NCBI RefSeq assembly: GCF_009914755.1
Contig: NC_060941.1
Length of the DNA stretch: 64,000 nt
Strand: one strand, 5' to 3'
From: the human T2T-CHM13v2.0 reference genome, Homo sapiens
Part shown: in pieces, positions 12,201 to 23,449 of the stretch
Layout of the letters: the number at the start of each line of letters is the position of its first letter
How positions within the stretch are numbered: the stretch's first letter is position 1
Notes under the pieces: model-generated
Told to the model about the DNA's origin: nothing
Seen by the model: the letters and a program-made list of their open reading frames with translations, nothing else
Databases searched by the model: none
Position numbers and translations under genes: made by a program

Positions 12201-15200
12201 TGGAAACACACTATTTGTAGAATGTGCAAGTGGATATTGGGGCCTCTCTGAGGATTTCGTTGGAAACGGGATAAACCGCACAGAACTAAACAGAAGCATT
12301 CTCAGAACCTTCTTCGTGATGTTTGCATTCAACTTACAGTGTTGAACCTTTCTTTGATAGTTCAGGTTTGAAACGGTCTTTCTGTAGAAACTGCAAGTAG
12401 ATATTTGGACCTCTATGAGGATTTCGATGGAAACGGGATAAACCGCACAGAACTAAAACAGAAGCATTCTCAGAACCCTCTTCGTGATGTTTGCATTCAA
12501 CTCACAGTGCTGAACCTTTCTTTGATAGTTCAGCTTTGAAACACTCTTTTTGTAGAAACTGCAAGTGGATATTTGGTCCTCTGTGAGGATTTCGTTGGAA
12601 ACGGGATAAACCGCACAGAACTAAACAGAAGCATTCTCAGAACCTTCTTCGTGATGTCTGCATTCAACTCACAGTGTGGAACCTTTCTTTGATAGTTCAG
12701 GTTTGAAACACTCTTTTTGTAGAAACTGCAAGGGGATAGCTGCACTTGTTTGAGGCCTACCGTAGTAAAGGAAATAACTTCCTATAAAAAGAAGACAGAA
12801 GCTTTCTCAAAAATTCTTTGGGATGATTGAGTTGAACTCACAGAGCTGAACATTCCTTGCGATTTAGAAGTTTAGAAACACACTTTCTGCAGAATCTGCA
12901 AGTGCATATTCGGACCTCTCTGAGGAATTCGTTGGAAACGGGATAATTTCAGCTGACTAAACAGAAGCAGTCTCAGAATCTTCCTTGTGATGTTTGCATT
13001 CAAATCCCACAGTTGAACTTTCCTTTCAAAGTTCACGCTTGAAACACTCTTTTTGCAGGATCTACAAGTGGATATTTGGACCACTCTGTGTCCTTCGTTC
13101 GAAACGGGTATATCTTCACATGACATCTACACAGAAGCATTCTCAGAAGCTTCTCTGTGATGTCTGCATTCAACTCACGGAGTTGAACACTCCTTTTGAG
13201 AGCGCAGTTTTGAAACTCTCTTTCTGTGGCATCTGCAAGGGGACATGTAGAACTCTTTGAAGATTTCGTTGGAAACGGAATCATCTTCACATCAAAACTA
13301 TACAGATGCATTCTCAGGAACTTTTTGGTGATGTTTGTATTCAACTCCCAGAGTTGAACTTTCCTTTGGAAAGAGCAGCTATGAAACAGTCTTTTTCTAG
13401 AAGCTGCAAGTGGACGTTTGGAGGGCTTTGTGGTTTGTGGTGGAAAAGGAAATATCTTCACCTAAATACTAGATAGAAGCATTCTCAGAAACTGCTTTGT
13501 GATGATTGCATTCACCTCACAGAGTTGAACATTCCTATTGATAGAGCAGTTTGGAAACACTCTTCTTGTGGAATGTGCAAGTGGAGATTTGGAGCGCTTT
13601 GAGGCCTATGGCAGTAAAGGGAATAGCTTCATAGAAAAACTAGACAGAAGCATTCTCAGAAAATACTTTGTGATGATTGAGTTGAACTCACAGAGCTGAA
13701 CATTCCTTTGGATGGAGCAGGTTTGAGACACACTTTTTGTAGAATCTACAAGTGGATATTTGGACCTCTCTGAGGATTTCGTTGGAAACGGGATAAATGC
13801 ACCTAACTAAACGGAAGCATTCTCAGAAACTTCTTGGTGATGTTTGCATTCAAATCCCAGAGTTGAACCTTCCTTTGATAGTTCAGGTTTGAAGCACTCT
13901 TTTTGTAGGATCTGCAAGTGGATATTTGGACCACTCTGTGGCCTTCGTTCGAAACGGGTACATCTTCGCATAAAATCTAGACAGAAGCCTTCTCAGAAAC
14001 TTCTCTGTGATGATTGCATTCAACTCACAGAGTTGAACCCTCCTATGGATAGAGCAGTGTTGAAACTCTCTTTTTGTGGAATCTGCAAGCGGATATGTGG
14101 ACCTCTCCGAAGATGTCTTTGGAAACGGGAATATCTTCACATGAAAACTAAACAGAAGCATTCTCAGAAACTTCTCTGTGACGTTTGTGTTCAACTCCCA
14201 GAGTTTCACATTGCTTCTCATAGAGCAGTTCTGAAACATGCTTTTCGTAGTGTCTGCAAGTGGACATTTGGAGCGCTTTCAGGCCTGTGGTGGAAAACGA
14301 ATTATGGTCACATAAAAACTGGAGAGAAGCAATGTCAGAAACTTCTTTGTGATGATTGCATTCAAGTCACAGAGTTGAAGGTTCCTTTTCAAAGAGCAGT
14401 TTCCAATCACTCTTTCTGTGGAATCTGCAAGTGGATATTTGGACCTCTTTGAAGATTTCGTTGGAAACGGGAGAATCTTCACAGAAAAGCTAAACAGAAG
14501 TATTCTCAGAAACTTCTTTGTGATGCTTGCATTCAACTCACAGAGTTGAACTTTTCTTTGGAGAGAGAAGCTTTGAAACACTCTTTTTCCAGAATCTGCA
14601 AGTGGACATTTGGAGGGCTTTGAGGCCTGTGGTGGAAAAGGAATTATCTTCCCGTAAAAGCTAGATAGAAGCATTCTCAGAAACTACTTTGTGATGATTG
14701 CATTCAAGTCACAGAGTTGAACATTCCGTTTGACAGAGCAGTATGGAAACTCTCTTTGTGTAGAATCTGCAAGTGGAGATATGGACCGATTTGAGGCCTA
14801 TGGTAGTAAAGGAAATAGCTTCATATAAAAGCTAGACAGTAGCATTCACAGAAAACTCTTGGTGACGAATGAGTTTAACTCACAGAGCTGAACATTCCTT
14901 TGGATGGAGCAGTTTCGAAACACACTATTTGTAGAATCTGCAAGTGGATATGTGGGCCTCTCTGAGGATTTCGTTGGAAACGGGATAAATCGCACAGAAC
15001 TAAACAGAAGCATTCTCAGAACCTTCTTCGTGATGTTTGCATTCAACTCACAGTGTTGAACCTTTCTTTGATAGTTCAGGTTTGAAACGATCTTTCTGTA
15101 GAAACTGCAAGTAGATATTTGGACCTCTCTGAGGATTTCGTTGGAAACGGGATAAACCGCACAGAACTAAAACAGAAGCATTCTCAGAACCCTCTTCGTG

Positions 15201-17173
15201 ATGTTTGCATTCAACTCACGGTGCTGAACCTTTCTTTGATAGTTCAGCTTTGAAACACTCTTTTTGTAGAAACTGCAAGTGGATATTGGGTCCTCTCTGA
15301 GGATTTCGTTGGAAACGGGATAAACCGCACAGAACTAAACAGAAGCATTCTCAGAACCTTCTTCGTGATGTCTGCATTCAACTCACAGTGTGGAACCTTT
15401 CTTTGATAGTTCAGGTTTGAAACACTCTTTTTGTAGAAACTGCAAGGGGATAATTGCACTTCTTTGAGGCCTACCGTAGTAAAGGAAATAACTTCCTATA
15501 AAAAGAAGACAGAAGCTTTCTCAGAAAATTCTTTGGGATGATTGAGTTGAGCAAACTGAGCTGAACACTCCTTGCGATGTAGCAGTTTAGAAACACACTT
15601 TCTGCAGAATCTGCAAGTGCATATGTGGACCTCTCTGAGGAATTCGTTGGAAACGGGATAATTTCAGCTGACTAAACAGAAGCAGTCTCAGAATCTTCTT
15701 TGTGATGTTTGCATTCAAATCCCAGAGTTGAACTTTCCTTTCAAAGTTCACGTTTGAAACACTCTTTTTGCAGGATCTACAAGTGGATATTTGGACCACT
15801 CTGTGTCCTTCGTTCGAAACGGATATATCTTCACATGACATCTAGACAGAAGCATTCTCAGAAGCTTCTCTGTGATGACTGCATTCAACTCACGGAGTTG
15901 AACACTCCTTTTGAGAGCGCAGTTTTGAAACTCTCTTTCTGTGGCATCTGCAAGGGGACATGTATACCTCTTTGAAGATTTCGTTGGAAACGGAATCATC
16001 TTCACATAAAAACTATACAGATGCATTCTCAGGAACTTTTTGGTGATGTTTGTATTCAACTCCCAGAGTTGAACTTTCCTTTGGAAAGAGCAGCTATGAA
16101 ACACTCTTTTTCTAGAATCTGCAAGTGGACGTTTGGAAGGCTTTGTGGTTTGTGGTGGAAAAGGAAATATCTTCACCTAAATACTAGATAGAAGCATTCT
16201 CAGAAACTGCTTTGTAATGATTGCATTCACCTCACAGAGTTGAACATTCCTATTGATAGAGCAGTTTGGAAACACTCTTGTTGTGGAATGTGCAAGTGGA
16301 GATTTGGAGCGCTTTGAGGCCTATGGTAGTAAAGGGAATAGCTTCATAGAAAAACTAGACAGAAGCATTCTCAGAAAATACTTTGTGATGATTGAGTTGA
16401 ACTCACAGAGCTGAACATTCCTTTGGATGGAGCAGGTTTGAGACACACTTTTTGTAGAATCTACAAGTGGATATTTGGACCTCTCTGAGGATTTCGTTGG
16501 AAACGGGATAAATACACCTAACTAAACGGAAGCATTCTCAGAAACTTCTTGGTGATGTTTGCATTCAAATCCCAGAGTTGAACCTTCCTTTGAGAGTTCA
16601 GGTTTGAAGCACTCTTTTTGTAGGATCTGCAAGTGGATATTTGGACAACTCTGTGGCCTTCGTTCGAAACGGGTACATCTTCGCATAAAATCTAGACAGA
16701 AGCCTTCTCAGAAACTTCTCTGTGATGATTGCATTCAACTCACTGAGTTGAACCCTCCTATGGTCAGAGCAGTGTTGAAACTCTCTTTTTGTGGAATCTG
16801 CAAGTGGATATGTGGACCTCTCCGAAGATGTCTTTGGAAACGGGAATATCTTCACATAAAAACTAAACAGAAGCATTCTCAGAAACTTCTCTGTGATGTT
16901 TGTGTTCAACTCCCAGAGTTTCACATTGCTTCTCATAGAGTAGTTCTGAAACATGCTTTTCGTAGTGTCTGCAAGTGGACATTTGGAGCGCTTTCAGGCC
17001 TGTGGTGGAAAACGAATTATGGTCACATAAAAACTGGAGAGAAGCATTGTCAGAAACTTCTTTGTGATGATTGCATTCAACTCACAGAGTTGAAGGTTCC
17101 TTTTCAAACAGCAGTTTCCAATCACTCTTCCTGTGGAATCTGCAAGTGGATATTTGGACCTCTTTGAAGATTT
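6273..17173 (+). repeat. Tandem duplication of a two-HOR (32-monomer, 5,429 bp) block
   Basis: Private variants recur at exactly +5,429 (e.g. 6346/11775 AAAATCT, TTTCGATGG ~6997/12426, GGTCAGAGC ~11333/16762, C at 11701/17130). ORF translations are pairwise identical (7101/12530, 8415/13844, 11130/16559). Confidence 0.93.
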
Positions 17174-18353
17174 TGTTGGAAACGGGAGAATCTTCACAGA
17201 AAAGCTAAACAGAAGCATTCTCAGAAACTTCTTTGTGATGCTTGCATTCAACTCACAGAGTTGAACTTTCCTTTCGAGAGAGAAGCTTTGAAACACTCTT
17301 TTTCCAGAATCTGCAAGTGGACATTTGGAGGGCTTTGAGGCCTGTGGTGGAAAAGGAATTATCTTCCCGTAAAAGCTAGATAGAAGCATTCTCAGAAATT
17401 ACTTTGGATGATTGCATTCAAGTCACAGAGTTGAACATTCCCTTTGACAGAGCAGTTTGGAAACTCTCTTTGTGTAGAATCTGCAAGTGGAGATATGGAC
17501 CGCTTTGAGGCCTATGGTAGTAAAGGAAATAGCTTCATATAAAAGCTAGACAGTAGCATTCACAGAAAACTCTTGGTGACGACTGAGTTTAACTCACAGA
17601 GCTGAACATCCCTTTGGATGGAGCAGTTTCGAAACACACTATTTGTAGAATGTGCAAGTGGATATTGGGGCCTCTCTGAGGATTTCGTTGGAAACGGGAT
17701 AAACCGCACAGAATTAAACAGAAGCATTCTCAGAACCTTCTTCGTGATGTTTGCATTCAACTCACAGTGTTGAACCTTTCTTTGATAGTTCAGGTTTGAA
17801 ACGGTCTTTCTGTAGAAACTGCAAGTAGATATTTGGACCTCTCTGAGGATTTCGTTGGAAACGGGATAAACCGCACAGAACTAAAACCGAAGCATTCTCA
17901 GAACCCTCTTCGTGATGTTTGCATTCAACTCACAGTGCTGAAACTTTCTTTGATAGTTCAGCTTTGAAACACTCTTTTTGTAGAAACTGCAAGTGTATAT
18001 TTGGTCCTCTCTGAGGATTTCGTTGGAAACGGGATAAACCGCACAGAACTAAACAGAGGCATTCTCAGAACCTTCTTCGTGATGTCTGCATTCAACTCAC
18101 AGTGTGGAACCTTTCTTTGATAGTTCAGGTTTGAAACACTCTTTTTGTAGAAACTGCAAGGGGATAACTGCACTTCTTTGAGGCCTACCGTAGTAAAGGA
18201 AATAACTTCCTATAAAAAGAAGACAGAAGCTTTCTCAGAAAATTCTTTGGGATGATTGAGTTGAACTAACAGAGCTGAACATTCCTTGCGAGGTAGCAGT
18301 TTAGAAACACACTTTCTGCAGAATCTGCAAGTGCATATTTGGACCTCTCTGAG

Positions 18354-21300
18354 GAATTCGTTGGAAACGGGATAATTTCAGCTGACTAAACAGAAGCAGT
18401 CTCAGAATCTTCTTTGTGATGTTTGCATTCAAATCCCAGAGTTGAACTTTCCTTTCAAAGTTCACGTTTGAAACACTCTTTTTGCAGGATCTACAAGTGG
18501 ATATTTGGACCACTCTGTGTCCTTCGTTCGAAACGGGTATATCTTCACATGACATCTAGACAGAAGCATTCTCAGAAGCTTCTCTGTGATGACTGCATTC
18601 AACTCACGGAGTTGAACACTCCTTTTGAGAGTGCAGTTTTGAAACTCTCTTTCTGTGGCATCTGCAAGGGGACATGTAGACCTCTCTGAAGATTTCGTTG
18701 GAAACGGAATCATCTTCACATACAAACTATACAGATGCATTCTCAGGAACTTTTTGGTGATGTTTGTATTCAACTCCCAGAGTTGAACTTTCCTTTGGAA
18801 AGAGCAGCTATGAAACACTCTTTTTCTAGAATCTGCAAGTGGACGTTTGGAGGGCTTTGTGGTTTGTGGTGGAAAAGGAAATATCTTCACCTAAATACTA
18901 GATAGAAGCATTCTCAGAAACTGCTTTGTGATGATTGCATTCACCTCACAGAGTTGAACATTCCTATTGATAGAGCAGTTTGGAAACACTCTTCATCTGG
19001 AATGTGCAAGTGGAGATTTGGAGCGCTTTGAGGCCTATGGTAGTAAAGGGAATAGCTTCATAGAAAAACTAGACAGAAGCATTCTCAGAAAATACTTTGT
19101 GATGATTGAGTTGAACTCACAGAGCTGAACATTCCTTTGGATGGAGCAGGTTTGAGACACACTTTTTGTAGAATCTACAAGTGGATATTTGGACCTCTCT
19201 GAGGATTTCGTTGGAAACGGGATAACTGCACCTAACTAAACGGAAGCATTCTCAGAAACTTCTTGGTGATGTTTGCATTCAAATCCCAGAGTTGAACCTT
19301 CCTTTGATAGTTCAGGTTTGAAACACTCTATTTGTAGGATCTGCAAGTGGATATTTGGACCACTCTGTGGCCTTCTTTCGAAACGGGTACATCTTCGCAT
19401 AAAATCTAGACAGAAGCCTTCTCAGAAACTTCTCTGTGATGATTGCATTCAACTCACAGAGTTGAACCCTCCTATGGACAGAGCAGTGTTGAAACTCTCT
19501 TTTTGTGGAATCTGCAAGTGGATATGTGGACCTCTCCGAAGATGTCTTTGGAAACGGGAATATCTTCACATAAAAACTAAACAGAAGCATTCTCAGAAAC
19601 TTCTCTGTGATGTTTGTGTTCAACTCCCAGAGTTTCACATTGCTTTTCACAGAGTATTTCTGAAACATGCTTTTCGTAGTGTCTGCAAGTGGACATTTGG
19701 AGCGCTTTCAGGCCTGTGGTGGAAAACGAATTATGGTCACATAAAAACTGGAGAGAAGCATTGTCAGAAACTTCTTTGTGATGATTGCATTCAACTCACA
19801 GAGTTGAAGGTTCCTTTTCAAACAGCAGTTTCCAATCACTCTTTCTGTGGAATCTGCAAGTGGATATTTGGACCTCTTTGAAGATTTCGTTGGAAACGTG
19901 AGAATCTTCACAGAAAAGCTAAACAGAAGCATTCTCAGAAACTTCTTTGTGATGCTTGCATTCAACTCACAGAGTTGAACTTTCCTTTCGAGAGAGAAGC
20001 TTTGAAACACTCTTTTTCCAGAATCTGCAAGTGGACATTTGGAGGGCTTTGAGGCCTGTGGTGGAAAAGGAATTATCTTCCCGTAAAAGCTAGATAGAAG
20101 CATTCTCAGAAACTACTTTGTGATGATTGCATTCAAGTCACAGAGTTGAACATTCCCTTTGACAGAGCAGTTTGGAAACTCTCTTTGTGTAGAATCTGCA
20201 AGTGGAGATATGGACCGCTTTGAGGACTATGGTAGTAAAGGAAATAGCTTCATATAAAAGCTAGACAGTAGCATTCACAGAAAACTCTTGGTGACGACTG
20301 AGTTTAACTCACAGAGCTGAACATCCCTTTGGATGGAGCAGTTTCGAAACACACTATTTGTAGAATGTGCAAGTGGATATTGGGGCCTCTCTGAGGATTT
20401 CGTTGGAAACGGGATAAACCGCACAGAACTAAAACAGAAGCATTCTCAGAACCCTCTTCGTGATGTTTGCATTAAACTCACAGTGCTGAACGTTTCTTTG
20501 ATACTTCAGCTTTGAAACACTCTTTTTGTAGAAACTGCAAGTGGATATTTGGTCCTCTCTGAGGATTTCTTTGGAAACGGGATAAACCGCACAGAACTAA
20601 ACAGAAGCATTCTCAGAACCTTCTTCGTGATGTCTGCATTCAACTCACAGTGTGGAACCTTTCTTTGATAGTTCAGGTTTGAAACACTCTTTTTGTAGAA
20701 ACTGCAAGGGTATAACTGCACTTCTTTGAGGCCTACCGTAGTAAAGGAAATAACTTCCTATAAAAAGAAGACAGAAGCTTTCTCAGAAAATTCTTTGGGA
20801 TGATTGAGTTGAACTCACAGAGCTGAACATTCCTTGCGATGTAGCAGTTTAGAAACACACTTTCTGCAGAATCTGCAAGTGCATATTTGGACCTCCCTGA
20901 GGAATTCGTTGGAAACGGGATAATTTCAGCTGACTAAACAGAAGCAGTCTCAGAATCTTCTTTGTGATGTTTGCATTCAAATCCCAGAGTTGAACTTTCC
21001 TTTCAAAGTTCACGTTTGAAACACTCTTTTTGCAGGATCTACAAGTGGATATTTGGACCACTCTGTGTCCTTCGTTCGAAACGGGTATATCTTCACATGA
21101 CATCTAGACAGAAGCATTCTCAGAAGCTTCTCTGTGATGACTGCATTCAACTCACGGAGTTGAACACTCCTTTTGAGAGTGCAGTTTTGAAACTCTCTTT
21201 CTGTGGCATCTGCAAGGGGACATGTAGACCTCTCTGAAGATTTCGTTGGAAACGGAATCATCTTCACATACAAACTATACAGATGCATTCTCAGGAACTT

Positions 21301-23449
21301 TTTGGTGATGTTTGTATTCAACTCCCAGAGTTGAACTTTCCTTTGGAAAGAGCAGCTATGAAACACTCTTTTTCTAGAATCTGCAAGTGGACGTTTGGAG
21401 GGCTTTGTGGTTTGTGGTGGAAAAGGAAATATCTTCACCTAAATACTAGATAGAAGCATTCTCAGAAACTGCTTTGTGATGATTGCATTCACCTCACAGA
21501 GTTGAACATTCCTATTGATAGAGCAGTTTGGAAACACTCTTCATCTGGAATGTGCAAGTGGAGATTTGGAGCGCTTTGAGGCCTATGGTAGTAAAGGGAA
21601 TAGCTTCATAGAAAAACTAGACAGAAGCATTCTCAGAAAATACTTTGTGATGATTGAGTGTAACTCACAGAGCTGAACATTCCTTTGGATGGAGCAGGTT
21701 TGAGACACACTTTTTGTAGAATCTACAAGTGGATATTTGGACCTCTCTGAGGATTTCGTTGGAAACGGGATAACTGCACCTAACTAAACGGAAGCATTCT
21801 CAGAAACTTCTTGGTGATGTTTGCATTCAAATCCCAGAGTTGAACCTTCCTTTGATAGTTCAGGTTTGAAACACTCTATTTGTAGGATCTGCAAGTGGAT
21901 ATTTGGACCACTCTGTGGCCTTCTTTCGAAACGGGTACATCTTCGCATAAAATCTAGACAGAAGCCTTCTCAGAAACTTCTCTGTGATGATTGCATTCAA
22001 CTCACAGAGTTGAACCCTCCTATGGACAGAGCAGTGTTGAAACTCTCTTTTTGTGGAATCTGCAAGTGGATATGTGGACCTCTCCGAAGATGTCTTTGGA
22101 AACGGGAATATCTTCACATAAAAACTAAACAGAAGCATTCTCAGAAACTTCTCTGTGATGTTTGTGTTCAACTCCCAGAGTTTCACATTGCTTTTCACAG
22201 AGTATTTCTGAAACATGCTTTTCGTAGTGTCTGCAAGTGGACATTTGGAGCGCTTTCAGGCCTGTGGTGGAAAACGAATTATGGTCACATAAAAACTGGA
22301 GAGAAGCATTGTCAGAAACTTCTTTGTGATGATTGCATTCAACTCACAGAGTTGAAGGTTCCTTTTCAAACAGCAGTTTCCAATCACTCTTTCTGTGGAA
22401 TCTGCAAGTGGATATTTGGACCTCTTTGAAGATTTCGTTGGAAACGTGAGAATCTTCACAGAAAAGCTAAACAGAAGCATTCTCAGAAACTTCTTTGTGA
22501 TGCTTGCATTCAACTCACAGAGTTGAACTTTCCTTTCGAGAGAGAAGCTTTGAAACACTCTTTTTCCAGAATCTGCAAGTGGACATTTGGAGGGCTTTGA
22601 GGCCTGTGGTGGAAAAGGAATTATCTTCCCGTAAAAGCTAGATAGAAGCATTCTCAGAAACTACTTTGTGATGATTGCATTCAAGTCACAGAGTTGAACA
22701 TTCCCTTTGACAGAGCAGTTTGGAAACTCTCTTTGTGTAGAATCTGCAAGTGGAGATATGGACCGCTTTGAGGACTATGGTAGTAAAGGAAATAGCTTCA
22801 TATAAAAGCTAGACAGTAGCATTCACAGAAAACTCTTGGTGACGACTGAGTTTAACTCACAGAGCTGAACATCCCTTTGGATGGAGCAGTTTCGAAACAC
22901 ACTATTTGTAGAATGTGCAAGTGGATATTGGGGCCTCTCTGAGGATTTCGTTGGAAACGGGATAAACCGCACAGAACTAAAACAGAAGCATTCTCAGAAC
23001 CCTCTTCGTGATGTTTGCATTAAACTCACAGTGCTGAACGTTTCTTTGATACTTCAGCTTTGAAACACTCTTTTTGTAGAAACTGCAAGTGGATATTTGG
23101 TCCTCTCTGAGAATTTCTTTGGAAACGGGATAAAAAGCACAGAACTAAACAGAAGCATTCTCAGAACCTTCTTCGTGATGTCTGCATTCAACTCACAGTG
23201 TGGAACCTTTCTTTGATAGTTCAGGTTTGAAACACTCTTTTTGTAGAAACTGCAAGGGTATAACTGCACTTCTTTGAGGCCTACCGTAGTAAAGGAAATA
23301 ACTTCCTATAAAAAGAAGACAGAAGCTTTCTCAGAAAATTCTTTGGGATGATTGAGTTGAACTCACAGAGCTGAACATTCCTTGCGATGTAGCAGTTTAG
23401 AAACACACTTTCTGCAGAATCTGCAAGTGCATATTTGGACCTCCCTGAG
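18354..23449 (+). repeat. Two tandem 15-mer HOR variants (2,548 bp each), duplicated from one another
   Basis: EcoRI spacing is 2,548 twice, with monomer m14 missing. Shared private variants include TACAAACTAT, CTTCATCTGG, CCTTCTTTCG, AAACGTGAG, ATTAAACTCA and GGGTATAACT. Confidence 0.93.
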
